From the NCBI GenBank assembly GCA_965263355.1, contig CBDHHL010000056.1, positions 2,144,001 to 2,208,000 of the forward strand: DNA of 64,000 nucleotides, written 5' to 3'. A model generated the notes under the pieces. It did not search any database. It was not told where the DNA came from and saw only the letters and a program-made list of their open reading frames with translations. The position numbers were made by a program, and so were the translations under genes. Source of the stretch: Leptolyngbyaceae cyanobacterium. Lineage in GTDB: Bacteria; Cyanobacteriota; Cyanobacteriia; Phormidesmidales; Phormidesmidaceae. Of the stretch, positions 53,311-63,787 are shown piece by piece. Every line of letters starts with the position of its first letter. The first letter of the stretch is position 1.

Positions 53311-53622
53311 ATGAATATTTTTGGCATTGGTCTGCCAGAGATGGTGCTCATCATGATGGTGGCCTTGTTGGTATTTGGCCCCAAGAAATTGCCAGAGATT
53401 GGTCGTAGTCTTGGCAAGGCTATCAAAGGGTTTCAAGATGCCTCTAAAGAGTTTGAGGATGAATTTAAAAAGGAAGCTGCTCGGATTGAAAAGACAGTAA
53501 CCGAGCCTATGAAAGCAACCTTAGAAAAGACAGAACCCAAAGCGCTTCAGCCAGACACCGAAACAGCAGACAACAGTCAAGCAACTGACACCACAGGCAT
53601 AGTCAACGACAAGACAGTTTAG
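53311..53622 (+). CDS. tatA: TatA/E twin-arginine translocase subunit
   Basis: FGIGLPE...LLVFGPKKLPEIGRSLGK. Confidence 0.95.
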   Translation: MNIFGIGLPEMVLIMMVALLVFGPKKLPEIGRSLGKAIKGFQDASKEFEDEFKKEAARIEKTVTEPMKATLEKTEPKALQPDTETADNSQATDTTGIVNDKTV

Positions 53623-53801
53623 AGCGCCACTACTCACTCCATCTACAACATACATACTCTTCTCCAATAGGCATATGTAATATATGGAGGATTGAGGGCT
53701 ACGCGCCATTCGTTAGCTACTTGTGGACATGCATACTTTAGCTTTGAAAAAAAATTAAAGTGCAGGTAATAGCCATTGCCTAGAAAATTCAAAACCATAG
53801 C

Positions 53802-54431
53802 ATGGTGACTACAAACACTGACTTGCTACACAAACCAAAGTTGTTAGTAGGACTAGGCAATCCCGGACAAAAGTATGACCGTACACGTCACAATATCGGC
53901 TTTGAAGTGATTGATCACCTGGCTAAGGACTGGTCCATTAAACTCACTGAAAATAAAAGATTCCAAGGTAGTGTCGGTGAAACTCGAGTTACATCTGGTG
54001 ATCGCCTAATTTTACTTAAGCCTTCTACATATATGAACCGTTCCGGTCAATCAGTACGGGCAGTCGTTGATTGGTACAAACTATCACCCCATGATGTTTT
54101 AGTGATTTATGACGACATGGATCTACCCATTGGGCGGTTACGGTTACGTCTATCAGGCTCAGCTGGTGGCCATAATGGGATGAAATCCATCATTTCCCAT
54201 TTGGCTACTCAAATGTTTCCCAGACTGCGATTGGGTATTAGCCGAGTACACAGTTCAGAAAAGCAGGTTAATCGAACCGTCGTGGGTCATGTTTTAGGAA
54301 AATTTGCGCCAGATGAGCGGAAGGTTATGGATACCGCTATCAGCCTAGCTGGTGACGCCATCGAATTTAGCCTAAGCAAAGGCATTGAACGAGCCATGAG
54401 TCTTTACAATGGGCGAGAAGTTACAGAATAG
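53802..54431 (+). CDS. pth: peptidyl-tRNA hydrolase
   Basis: GLGNPG, TRHNIG, YMNRSG and GGHNG. Confidence 0.97.
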   Translation: MVTTNTDLLHKPKLLVGLGNPGQKYDRTRHNIGFEVIDHLAKDWSIKLTENKRFQGSVGETRVTSGDRLILLKPSTYMNRSGQSVRAVVDWYKLSPHDVLVIYDDMDLPIGRLRLRLSGSAGGHNGMKSIISHLATQMFPRLRLGISRVHSSEKQVNRTVVGHVLGKFAPDERKVMDTAISLAGDAIEFSLSKGIERAMSLYNGREVTE

Positions 54432-54499
54432 ATCAGGTTAAACTCATTTATCCTAACGATGAAAACTTAAACAGTAGGGTCCCATTGCTGTAGTGAGCT

Positions 54500-55156
54500 G
54501 TGGCTAAGGTAAACGAAAAGCAAGTAGTCCCCAAAGTCCTAGTGGTTCTAAATGGTAAGGGGGGAGTAGGTAAAACGACCACCGCCGTTAATTTAGCTGC
54601 AATTTTTGCAGAAGATCGACGGGTTTTACTTATAGATAGCGATCTGCAACGATCTGCAACCTGGTGGCTGGAACGGGTACACCAAGCATTTGACTTTTCC
54701 CACGAGACCGACACTGAGATGCTGGGGCAGCTGAAGTCCTTGGGGGATTATGAACTAATTGTGGTCGATACGCCCCCAGCGTTACACTCTAAGTCCATAG
54801 GTACTGTGTTAACGGTGGCAGATTATCTGCTATTGCCTACCCCACCAGCACCCATGGATGTTACAGCTTTAATCACAACTGTCAAAACCATTGTTCAACC
54901 TTCTGGGGTTTTTCATCGGGTATTGCTGACAAAGGTTGATTCCCGTAGTTTAAAGGAAGCGCAGGAAGCTCAAACCATGCTGGAAAAGTTGGATATTTCC
55001 GCTTTTCAAACCTATATACGAACTTACAAAGCCCACGAACGAGCTGCTATGGAAGGTTGCGCTATTAGTCAATGGAAGGGGCCAAACGCTCAAGAGGCGC
55101 AAGCCGACTATTACCAAGTTGCCGCTGAAGTCCTAAGGGACTGGAAAAAATTATGA
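54500..55156 (+). CDS. mcdA: short ParA-family ATPase, probable McdA
   Basis: Deviant Walker A KGGVGKTT, D.D.Q.S and DTPP; overlaps the downstream partner gene. Confidence 0.7.
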   Translation: MAKVNEKQVVPKVLVVLNGKGGVGKTTTAVNLAAIFAEDRRVLLIDSDLQRSATWWLERVHQAFDFSHETDTEMLGQLKSLGDYELIVVDTPPALHSKSIGTVLTVADYLLLPTPPAPMDVTALITTVKTIVQPSGVFHRVLLTKVDSRSLKEAQEAQTMLEKLDISAFQTYIRTYKAHERAAMEGCAISQWKGPNAQEAQADYYQVAAEVLRDWKKL

Positions 55157-55791
55157 CGAAAAAACGCATTGCCGACCTGCTCAAAGAAGAAGTCGAAAAA
55201 ACCAACGAAACTACCCAAGCTCCAGCAGACAATGAATCGCAGGAAGCTGGGGCAAAGGCTAACGCAACAACGGACAAATCATCCGCTGACACAAGCCCAA
55301 ATCGGACCAAGAAACGTACCAGTAAAGCATCGACCACAGCAAAACAGACAAATGCAGAAGATGCGAACAACATTGCTGCCCTTGAGAAGCAGATAACTGA
55401 ATTAGAAGCATCGCTCAAACAAGCCAAAGAACAAATCTCTGGGTTGCAAGACGATATCAAAACTCATCAAACTCGGATTTTTGAACTGAAAGATGAGCTA
55501 GACGCCTCACAAAAGAGCGAGTCAGAAAAGGCTACGGAACTTGCTAAAGCCAATGAGGAGCTAGAAACTGCTAAAGAAACGATTCGGCAGATTACGGCCC
55601 ATCATGAAAAGGCCACTAAGCCAGAAGAAGCCTCTCAGAAAGTAATCCATGGGGCTGATTTAGCAATAAATCGTAACACACTGAGTCTGAGAAATCGTCC
55701 CAGTAGTTACAAAGCCATTCCTGATTATGCCATTCAACGCGGAGAGCAAAATACTATGCTCTCTGATGACGACATTGGCTGGGTTGATTAG
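55153..55791 (+). CDS. mcdB: coiled-coil ParA partner, probable McdB
   Basis: Basic N-terminus MTKKRIADLL, disordered linker, central coiled coil, C-terminal DIGWVD. Confidence 0.65.
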   Translation: MTKKRIADLLKEEVEKTNETTQAPADNESQEAGAKANATTDKSSADTSPNRTKKRTSKASTTAKQTNAEDANNIAALEKQITELEASLKQAKEQISGLQDDIKTHQTRIFELKDELDASQKSESEKATELAKANEELETAKETIRQITAHHEKATKPEEASQKVIHGADLAINRNTLSLRNRPSSYKAIPDYAIQRGEQNTMLSDDDIGWVD

Positions 55792-55951
55792 GAACTACTG
55801 CTTAATACAACCGGATATGCGTGTCAGGCATTGGAATGCTGTCATAAGAGCTGGGGCAGGCTCCGTACAGCTACAAAGCCTGCTGAGCAACAAGATCACC
55901 AGTCACCACACTCAAGTGATTCCCGATTCTGGCATCATACGTTTAGCAAGT

Positions 55952-56797
55952 CTAAATTTGGTTAGTCGCAAACGTATTGCACTGTTCAATATCCCCTGTG
56001 GCTAGCCCTTGCTTAAACCAGCGCATACGCTGGGCAGAGCTGCCATGGGTGAAGGATTCAGGCACCACAAACCCGCGAGATTGCTGCTGCAAACGATCAT
56101 CCCCAATTTGACTAGCAGCATTGAGCGCCTCTTCAATATCACCGCGCTCTAAAATATCACGAGCCCGATCAGCCCGGTTGGCCCATATTCCTGCAAAACA
56201 ATCAGCCTGTAGTTCTAAACGGACTGATAACTGATTAGCTTGGACTTTGCTAGCACGACTTTGAAGCTGGCGCACCTGATTAGAAATTCCCAAAACATTC
56301 TGCACATGATGCCCAACTTCATGGGCAACAACATAAGCCTGGGCAAAGTCACCAGGGGCTTGGTGACGACTCTTCAAATCACTATAAAAACTCAAATCGA
56401 TGTAAACCTGCTGATCAGCTGGACAGTAAAACGGCCCCATAGCAGCTTGACCTAAACCACAGGCAGACTGGGTCGAACCAGAATATAGAACTAACGTAGG
56501 TTCTGGGTAATCTTCACCAATTTGCTCTCGAAAAATTTGGCTCCAGGTATCTTCGGTATCGGCTAATACCACAGAGGTGAAGTCCGCCAGTTCATCTTCA
56601 GCAAGCGATGTCTGACGTGGTTGTGATGGTGATTGGATCGAATTTCCAGAATCTAACACAACGTTTGGATCACCACCTAGTAACATGACAACCACGGCTA
56701 AGACTAATGTTCCTAATCCTCCTCCTCCGACAATCAGAGAACTGGTAGCTCCACGGCGATCATCGATATTGCTACTGCGCCGCCCTGTTTTTTTCAT
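55952..56797 (-). CDS. neutral zinc metallopeptidase (YpfJ-like)
   Basis: [29 protein letters not shown] and FTHGSS. Confidence 0.93.
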   Translation of the reverse strand: MKKTGRRSSNIDDRRGATSSLIVGGGGLGTLVLAVVVMLLGGDPNVVLDSGNSIQSPSQPRQTSLAEDELADFTSVVLADTEDTWSQIFREQIGEDYPEPTLVLYSGSTQSACGLGQAAMGPFYCPADQQVYIDLSFYSDLKSRHQAPGDFAQAYVVAHEVGHHVQNVLGISNQVRQLQSRASKVQANQLSVRLELQADCFAGIWANRADRARDILERGDIEEALNAASQIGDDRLQQQSRGFVVPESFTHGSSAQRMRWFKQGLATGDIEQCNTFATNQI

Positions 56798-56935
56798 AAC
56801 TGGCCCCTAGGTGTGTCGTAACAAATTGGATTTAAAAAAATTTACACGTAAGCACTCTAGGTACTTGTACGGAATATATCATCGCTATCTATAGCCATAC
56901 ATCAAACCAAGGAATCTCTTAGTATTCAGTACCGA

Positions 56936-57703
56936 TTAATTCTCCTTGCCCACCCGTTTGGTCAGGGCCTCGATATACCGATCAATGCGGTGGTCTTGCA
57001 GACTCCCCGAGAGAATCCGCCAGGTGAATCCAACACTAAACCGTATACGGGTATCGACATGACGGTACCCCTGCCAGCGTCGAGGAAGTCCACACACGAC
57101 ATCATTGCCATTGACAAACCGCCAGGAATGGGGGACTCGGCGAGTATATGAATCTGCAAAAGCCTTATTGCCAATGCGCGGAGCACCAAATGTATAAACC
57201 TCTACTGAGACATCAGGGGCAAAGTTATATTGCAAATCCACCGCACACAACTTAGCCAAAGCTCCACCCAGACTATGACCAGTGACAACCCAATGCTTTA
57301 ATGCACTGGGTTTTACCATGTTATGGATTAAAGCCCGCACCGCCAGATAAGCCTTGGTAAATCCAGTGTGCATTTTTACGCCAGATCTGGATGCCTCATA
57401 GACATCAGGATAATCCAGATGCCTATCATTTAATACTGCACCAGTTACCGCAGACCATTGGGAGAAGTCTAAATTTGTTAACCAATCGCGGTCGGCATCG
57501 CTACCCCGGAAAACGATATATCCACACTGGGTAGCCGGATCTTCTAATAGGGCAACTTGGGTATCGGTTTCATCGATATCAAACAACGTTGGCACAATGC
57601 CAGGATCGATGCTGAAGCGAAGCGTATCTTTAAAGGCCCTATAGACTTCGTTGGATAGATGGGCACAGCGCAATGCGGTTTTATAATCCAGTTGCTTAGT
57701 CAT
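56936..57703 (-). CDS. lipase class 3 family protein
   Basis: VFRGS, H.GF, TGHSLGGA and YTFGAPR. Confidence 0.92.
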   Translation of the reverse strand: MTKQLDYKTALRCAHLSNEVYRAFKDTLRFSIDPGIVPTLFDIDETDTQVALLEDPATQCGYIVFRGSDADRDWLTNLDFSQWSAVTGAVLNDRHLDYPDVYEASRSGVKMHTGFTKAYLAVRALIHNMVKPSALKHWVVTGHSLGGALAKLCAVDLQYNFAPDVSVEVYTFGAPRIGNKAFADSYTRRVPHSWRFVNGNDVVCGLPRRWQGYRHVDTRIRFSVGFTWRILSGSLQDHRIDRYIEALTKRVGKEN

Positions 57704-57814
57704 ATCCTTCAGTCTATTTCAAATACTCTTGGGCCAGTTTGCCGCAGAGAATCAGAGTTCTGACAACTCAGTGATAAAAATTAAGCGTCAAAAAAATGTT
57801 TCAACTTCCAGGGC

Positions 57815-57976
57815 CTAGTGGTCTGTCAAGCCTAAGATTTAGGATGAGACCAGTAAAGAGTGAAGAGCCAAACGGGATGAATAGTGACGCTTTACCCTGC
57901 AGCCCTGGGAATCTGGCTCACGCTAGTACTCTTCATCAATATAGAATCCTAATCTTTAGCGTTGACGCTGCACTAG
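57815..57976. mobile_element. MITE-like element with long imperfect TIRs, flanked by CTAG
   Basis: CTAG-TGGTCTGTCAAGCCTAAGATTTAGGAT ... ATCCTAATCTTTAGCGTTGACGCTGCA-CTAG; no credible ORF inside. Confidence 0.65.
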
Positions 57977-58028
57977 GCTCTCAAATGATTTAAGCCCGAT
58001 GAATCTAAGTCAATGGTATAGATAAACT

Positions 58029-61000
58029 CTAAGCATTAACCAGAGGAGCCGTCTTCGCCTTAAAATCAGCAGCTTTGAGTGCCGTCACAGCCTCGTCAGG
58101 ATCTTTTACCCGAAACTGAGCCCCAAGACGTACCACTTGGCGCTGTCCTTTATAGCTAATCATGGCAACGACAGGAACTTTTGCATCACGCTTATCTTCA
58201 CCTTGTTGGTTTTGAATAACATTGCGAAGACGATTTTGCTGAACGATATCGCCGGCAATAGATGGAGGCAGTTCTAGAGTGACTAGACGAACATCTTCAA
58301 TTGGCTCAGCATCATCGACAATCAGCTGAACCTGCTCATCTCTACGATCAACTTTGCCCCAAATCATTAAGCGAGCATCGGGTTTAATATGCATACCAAT
58401 CCGGGCATAGGACTTGGGAAAAACAACCGCTTCAGCTTGGCCACTGAGATCTTCGATCTGCAGAATTGCCATACTATCACCCTTTTTGGTAGTGATGGGC
58501 TTCATTGCACTGATCATAACGATGGCACTGAGCGTCAGTTTCTCAGGTTGTTCGGCCAGTTCCGCCAGACTAATGGGGGCCAAAATACGGGCTGGACGCT
58601 GGATCGACTTAAGGGGATGATCCGAAATATAAAAACCTAGCAGCTCCTTTTCTAAACGCAGTCGCTCTTGGGGCTCATAATCATCCATAGACGGCGCTTT
58701 GGGAGCAGATTCATAGGCACTGGCACTATCATTAGTATGACTAGAGGTGCTAGTATCGCTTCCACCCAACATCATATCGAAAATATTGCCTTGGCCAATT
58801 TCGCGATCTTTGGCACGAGACTGAGCCCAGTCAATTACAAACTCTAGGTCGGCCATGAGCTGACGACGGTTATCTTTCACACTGTCGAGAGCACCGGAGT
58901 GGATTAGGGCTTCTAGGGCACGACGGTTGACGGCACGAAGATCTATGCGATCGCACAACTCCGCCAACGATTTAAACACCCCATCCTCCTCACGACTCTG
59001 CAAAATCGTCTCAATCGCCCCCAAACCGACGTTTCGCACCGCTGATAGACCAAATAAAATGCTATTCCCTTCCGGTGTAAAGTCCACACCGGAATGATTC
59101 ACATCCGGCGGCAACACCTCAATCCCCATACTGACGCAGTTAGCAATGTGCATCTGTACCTTATCTTGATCACCACTGATGGCCGTCAAGAGTGCCGCCA
59201 TATACTCAACCGGATAATTCGCCTTGAGGTAGGCTGTCTGATAAGTGACATACCCATAGGCCATAGAGTGGCTTTTGTTAAAGCAGTACTGGGCAAAGTT
59301 CACCATCTGGTCCCAAAGCTCTTCCACGGTCTTTTTGGGAACGCCATTTGCTACGGAGCCCTCGATGAATTTACCTCGGTGCATATCCATTGCCGCCTGC
59401 TTTTTCTTACCCATGGCACGACGTAGCAAGTCTGCTTCACCCAGAGAGTATCCAGCCATATCCTGGGCAATTTTCATGATCTGCTCCTGGAAAATCATGA
59501 TGCCGTAGGTCTCTTCTAAAATCGGTTGAATCAGCTCGTGGGGGTAATCGATCTGCTCACGACCGTGTTTGCGGTCAATAAACTTAGGAATTAAACCGGC
59601 ATCCAGCGGACCTGGTCGATAGAGCGCAAGAACTGACGAAATATCATCGAGACCGTCAGGCTTCAGATCTCGTACAATCTGCCGCATACCAGAGGATTCC
59701 AGCTGGAATACACCACCCAGCTCACCACGACTCAGCAGCTTGTAGGTTTCTGGATCGTTGTAAGCGACCTTATCCATATCCAGGGTTTCACCACGGGTCT
59801 GTTCCACATAATCCACTGCCTTTTGGATCATGGTGAGGTTACGCAGACCCAAAAAGTCCATCTTTAGTAAACCTACGGCTTCTACATCTTCCATGTAGTA
59901 CTGGGTAATCACTGCGCCGTCATTATTGCGTTGTAGCGGCACCAGTTCATCCAGCGGCTTAGCTGAAATCACCACACCAGCAGCATGCATGCCAAAAGTT
60001 TTGTTGGTACCTTCAATGGTGATGGCCATATCAAGCCAGCGCTGATAGGTAACGGCTGTTCCTGGCACCAGATCACCACTGGCATACTTTTCCTCAAACA
60101 TCTTCTCAGGGGTTTTTTCAGGATCAATCATCACCTTTAGTTTGGTGGGTTTACCCCGAGCCACTGGAATCATTTTCGCCATTTTGTCAGATTCACCGTA
60201 GGGAATATCCAACACGCGGGCCACGTCCTTAAGCACCGCTTTAGAGGTCATGCGGTTAAAGGTGATGATCTGGGCAACGTGGTCTTTGCCGTACTTTTCA
60301 GTCACATATTCGATCACCTTCTCCCGCTTTTCGATGCAGAAGTCGGTATCGACGTCAGGCATGGACTTACGTTCAGGGTTTAAGAAGCGCTCGAACAGTA
60401 GACCATGGTGCACCGGATCGATGTTGGTAATACCCATGCAATAGGCCACGAGGGAACCTGCTGCCGACCCTCGCCCTGGGCCAACTGGAATTTTGGTATC
60501 TCGCGCGAACTTGATGTAGTCCCACACCACCAGAAAGTAGGTAGCAAAACCCATTTGGTGCATCATCTGGATTTCGTATTCCAGTCGTGCTTGATACTCT
60601 GGTGGTGCTTCGTCGTAGGAATCGATCTCTAACCGTTCGAGCAAACCATCGCGGGAAACCTTAGCCATGTAAGTTTCGCCAGTGTGGCCCTCGGGTACTG
60701 GAAAATTAGGAATCTGGGGATTACCGAGGATTTCGTATTCTTCGACTTTTTCAGCAACTTCAACGGTGTTGGCAACGGCTTCATCGATGACATCCTGGGG
60801 CAGGTGGTCGCGGAAAAGGCGACGCATTTCTTCAGCGGATTTTAGATACTCGGTACCGCTGTATCGCAGGCGTTTATCTTCGGTGACGAGCTTGCCAGTT
60901 TGAATGCAAAGCAGTGCATCGTGGGCTTCTACATCGACACAGGAAATAAAGTGGGAATCATTGGTGGCAATTATTTTGATGTCTAGCTCGCGGGCAATGC

Positions 61001-61574
61001 GAACGATTTCCACATTTACAATGCGGTCCTCGGGGGAGCCGTGATCTTGAACTTCTAAATAGTAATCTTCGCCAAAGAGATCTTTATACCATTTGGCTAC
61101 GCGGTAGGCGACATCCAGGCGATTTTGCATGATTGCCTGAGGCACTTCACCACCGAGACAGGCGCTAGTGACTATTAGGCCTTCGTGATATTGCTCTAGC
61201 AGGTCTTTGTTGATGCAGGGACGGGAAAAGATACCGCGACCTTGGACTCCGTCTAGGTGAGATTTGGTGGTGAGCTTGACTAGATTTTTGTAGCCCTGGG
61301 TATTTTTGGCGAGGATGACTTGATGATAACGGGGGCGTTTTTCTTGCTTAGTGATGTCGCCGTTAATCAGGTACATTTCGTTGCCGATGATGGGCTTAAT
61401 GCCTGCTTTTTTGCAGGTCTTTAGCAGCTCAATGGCTCCATACATAACACCATGATCGGTGAGAGCAATGGCGGGCATACCCATCTCAACAGCCTTAGCG
61501 GCCAGTGGCTCTAGCTGACTGGCTCCATCAAGTAAGCTGTAATCGCTATGGATATGCAGACCAACAAAGGACAT
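58029..61574 (-). CDS. dnaE: DNA polymerase III alpha subunit, contiguous and intein-free
   Basis: PHP motif [41 protein letters not shown] fold. Confidence 0.98.
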   Translation of the reverse strand: MSFVGLHIHSDYSLLDGASQLEPLAAKAVEMGMPAIALTDHGVMYGAIELLKTCKKAGIKPIIGNEMYLINGDITKQEKRPRYHQVILAKNTQGYKNLVKLTTKSHLDGVQGRGIFSRPCINKDLLEQYHEGLIVTSACLGGEVPQAIMQNRLDVAYRVAKWYKDLFGEDYYLEVQDHGSPEDRIVNVEIVRIARELDIKIIATNDSHFISCVDVEAHDALLCIQTGKLVTEDKRLRYSGTEYLKSAEEMRRLFRDHLPQDVIDEAVANTVEVAEKVEEYEILGNPQIPNFPVPEGHTGETYMAKVSRDGLLERLEIDSYDEAPPEYQARLEYEIQMMHQMGFATYFLVVWDYIKFARDTKIPVGPGRGSAAGSLVAYCMGITNIDPVHHGLLFERFLNPERKSMPDVDTDFCIEKREKVIEYVTEKYGKDHVAQIITFNRMTSKAVLKDVARVLDIPYGESDKMAKMIPVARGKPTKLKVMIDPEKTPEKMFEEKYASGDLVPGTAVTYQRWLDMAITIEGTNKTFGMHAAGVVISAKPLDELVPLQRNNDGAVITQYYMEDVEAVGLLKMDFLGLRNLTMIQKAVDYVEQTRGETLDMDKVAYNDPETYKLLSRGELGGVFQLESSGMRQIVRDLKPDGLDDISSVLALYRPGPLDAGLIPKFIDRKHGREQIDYPHELIQPILEETYGIMIFQEQIMKIAQDMAGYSLGEADLLRRAMGKKKQAAMDMHRGKFIEGSVANGVPKKTVEELWDQMVNFAQYCFNKSHSMAYGYVTYQTAYLKANYPVEYMAALLTAISGDQDKVQMHIANCVSMGIEVLPPDVNHSGVDFTPEGNSILFGLSAVRNVGLGAIETILQSREEDGVFKSLAELCDRIDLRAVNRRALEALIHSGALDSVKDNRRQLMADLEFVIDWAQSRAKDREIGQGNIFDMMLGGSDTSTSSHTNDSASAYESAPKAPSMDDYEPQERLRLEKELLGFYISDHPLKSIQRPARILAPISLAELAEQPEKLTLSAIVMISAMKPITTKKGDSMAILQIEDLSGQAEAVVFPKSYARIGMHIKPDARLMIWGKVDRRDEQVQLIVDDAEPIEDVRLVTLELPPSIAGDIVQQNRLRNVIQNQQGEDKRDAKVPVVAMISYKGQRQVVRLGAQFRVKDPDEAVTALKAADFKAKTAPLVNA

Positions 61575-61717
61575 AAAACGGGCCCACCTTTAGTACAAGT
61601 ATACTCCAAAAAGCTTGTGAGTCATCGCGTTGGGAAACCACTAGCTGTAGAGTCTGGATTATAAGGTTAGCCGATTTATAGCGCTACATCTAGTTAATTT
61701 AACGATAGATTTCTAGG

Positions 61718-61996
61718 TTACGGTAACAATGCCCAATAAAATGCCAAGGTTGGAGTTGGATCGATGGCAATTGGCAATTGCTGCATCAACTGAAGGATTT
61801 CCTGAGCATTCTCTCTACTCAAACATCCGCGTCGCTCAGCTACCAATAAAACATTAACTAGCTCAGTCCAAAAGATCGCAGGGACAATAGCCTGATTTGA
61901 AGCCTGCACAAGCAACCGAATCGCATCCGCTGCAGCGTTTTCCTCGTCTGGCATGCACCAGCTAATGGTCACTGAGCCATCTAGGACAAATTGCAT
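61718..61996 (-). pseudogene. vapC: truncated VapC/PIN toxin
   Basis: FVLDGSV..SW..PDE, VPAIF..E..NVL..AERRG. Ends at 92 aa without the YDA.Y and LATLD motifs; I could not find them in the downstream sequence. Confidence 0.75.
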
Positions 61997-62338
61997 TTAG
62001 TATCGCCGCCCAATGTCGCGGGCGTCACGTACAGATAGTTCGCCTAGTGAAAAATGCTGACTAATGGCTTTGAGGCGTTGCCAAATAAGTTGCAGATTAG
62101 AAGTGAAAGCAGGCGTTTGGATTGTCACAGGACTGCCATTATGGCCTTGGCGTTTGGCATTAGCTTTTAGCTGCTGCTGTAGGGCATCAAGGATAGTTCC
62201 TTAAGATTGTTGGGGAGCCAGGTTATGAACTACGATTGCCTGTGCTTCAGCCTCAATAGTCCGTCCTGACTACTGAGCACGGGCTTGCAATTGAGCCATG
62301 GCTGTCGGTGTTAGTGTAAGCCTAATAGCATCAGACAT
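61997..62338 (-). pseudogene. FitA/RHH-like antitoxin with two in-frame stops
   Basis: MSDAIRLTLTPTAMAQLQARAQ*SGRTIEAEAQAIV...QQS*GT...RDARDIGRRY*; its stop abuts the vapC ATG. Confidence 0.7.
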
Positions 62339-62431
62339 CGCGCTTACTTATGGTATTAAGCGTCATTGTAGTTAGCATTCACGTTGGGGTGCAAGAATTG
62401 ATGGGTTGAGATCTCAGGATTGGTGGGTTGT

Positions 62432-62616
62432 GGGTGCGATCGCACCCAAGCACAAGGCATTGTCCCTACAGCATTATCTATTTTGCAGCAGGAGCGAGAG
62501 TTGATGAGCACCACGCCGATCCCTCCCCTCCTCGGAGGGGTGCCCAACGGGCGGGGTGGGTCTCGATCCCTTGCGCCAACGGCCAATCCACCCCTTCGCC
62601 CCTCCCCGGAGGGGAA
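62432..62616. repeat. cluster of REP-like hairpins
   Basis: Extended HIP1 palindrome GGGTGCGATCGCACCC; GCACAAGGCATTGTCCCTAC; two CCCCTCC-nn-GGAGGGG hairpins bracketing GGGGTGG...CCACCCC. Confidence 0.7.
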
Positions 62617-62694
62617 AGGTTATCCTGCTGTGGATCTAAGCGTCGGCCCGTGATGCTTCTTTGCCTGTGAAAGTTGTGAAGCTCACATCCACGT

Positions 62695-62832
62695 CCGGTT
62701 GAAAACCAGGCGCTAATTGGGTGCTGTCTGCTAAAGCGACAAAACCACTCATACTATTTGGAGCACTGAACTGATATGTTACGAACCCCTTTTAGTGGGT
62801 TTTGATCCAGTTAGCCCTGGGTTTTGAACTGG
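62695..62832. repeat. 138-bp element with ~26-bp imperfect inverted ends
   Basis: CCGGTTGAAAACCAGGCGCTAATTGG ... CCAGTTAGCCCTGGGTTTTGAACTGG. Confidence 0.6.
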
Positions 62833-62922
62833 GCGAGATAGAGCTACTTACTGTTAAATATCAGGAACTTGCAAGTTCGTCTCTGGGTGTCTTCGATGCC
62901 TGTGGTTGTCTATTCCAACTAA

Positions 62923-63024
62923 CTAGCCAAACGCAAATCCATCTCGTTCGATAATGTGCTGTTCACGCTCACCAGTAAGTTCAACATCAGCATCCAAATA
63001 GGGACAAGTAAACAATTGGCCCAT
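62923..63024 (-). pseudogene. N-terminal fragment of a possible RelE-like toxin
   Basis: MGQLFTCPYLDADVELTGEREQHIIER then an early stop. The F.CPYL...VELT.ER..HI pattern resembles TA-associated small nucleases. Confidence 0.35.
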
Positions 63025-63042
63025 AATCTCTATTGCGTTGCA

Positions 63043-63462
63043 TCAAGAACCAAAGGGATTATGTAGCTTTATCCCTGTCTTTTCAAAGTCCCCTGTATGA
63101 CGGGTGACTACAGTTAACCCATGCTCAAGCGCAGTTGCAGCAATCAGGGCATCGTAGTCTGACATGGGATCTGGCACATGGAGTGACGCACATCGTTTGG
63201 CAATGCTGATAGTAATGGGAATGATGCGATCAGCATAACCAGCCAACACATGGTCATTGAGCCACTGCCGCAGAACCTTGCCTTGAGCTTGATCTCTTCG
63301 CTCCATTAGCAACACGCCCCGTCCTAGCTCAAACACCGTTATGACTGAGATAAAGGTTTTGCCGCCGGGTGTCGCCTTGGCCCATTTTTCTACCTGAGAA
63401 TTAACGCGATCAGAGCCTATTTTACGTAATTCAGAAACCACATTGGTATCCAATAAGAACAT
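63043..63462 (-). CDS. vapC: VapC/PIN toxin
   Basis: LLDTNVVSE, ISVIT..E, DALIAATA..HGLTVVTR..DF. Confidence 0.93.
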   Translation of the reverse strand: MFLLDTNVVSELRKIGSDRVNSQVEKWAKATPGGKTFISVITVFELGRGVLLMERRDQAQGKVLRQWLNDHVLAGYADRIIPITISIAKRCASLHVPDPMSDYDALIAATALEHGLTVVTRHTGDFEKTGIKLHNPFGS

Positions 63463-63499
63463 TAGTTTTCCCGTCCTTCAGTAGGCTCAACTCTAACCA

Positions 63500-63751
63500 T
63501 CAGGCCAGATCCACATCTCGTAAAGCCGCACCAGTCAGACGGATCGGATTGAACTCAATGTCAGCTGCTGCTGGCATCGCCAACAGGTCAGCGACGCTTT
63601 CAGTTTTCCCAATCAGTTTGTAGTAGTCGTCGATGGACAGCAGCACATGGGCTGGCGTGCCTCTATCAGTTATGAATACTGGTTCATGCTCGGCAGCACG
63701 CTTGGCTTTACCGACATCCTGGTTAAATTCGCGACTCGACATATTGTACAT
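63500..63751 (-). CDS. Phd/YefM-family antitoxin
   Basis: SSREFNQD..KAKRAA...PVFITDRG.PAHVLLS; start ATG 63751 or 63742. Confidence 0.92.
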   Translation of the reverse strand: MYNMSSREFNQDVGKAKRAAEHEPVFITDRGTPAHVLLSIDDYYKLIGKTESVADLLAMPAAADIEFNPIRLTGAALRDVDLA

Positions 63752-63761
63752 GGCAACCCCC

Positions 63762-63787
63762 ACAATGTAGTTACGTTGCTACATTGT
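63762..63787. promoter_or_regulatory. operator-like palindrome upstream of the antitoxin
   Basis: ACAATGTAG-N8-CTACATTGT immediately 5' of the start codon. Confidence 0.65.

Noticed and set aside
57796..57993. 65-aa ORF, or 6S RNA
   Set aside because: The ORF spans an inverted-repeat element and has no protein-like features. I could not recognise 6S-conserved motifs, and the CTAG-flanked TIRs favour a MITE. An Rfam scan is needed to exclude 6S fully.
62356..62670. Three overlapping 76-80-aa ORFs
   Set aside because: They arise from GC-rich palindromic repeats that lack stop codons.
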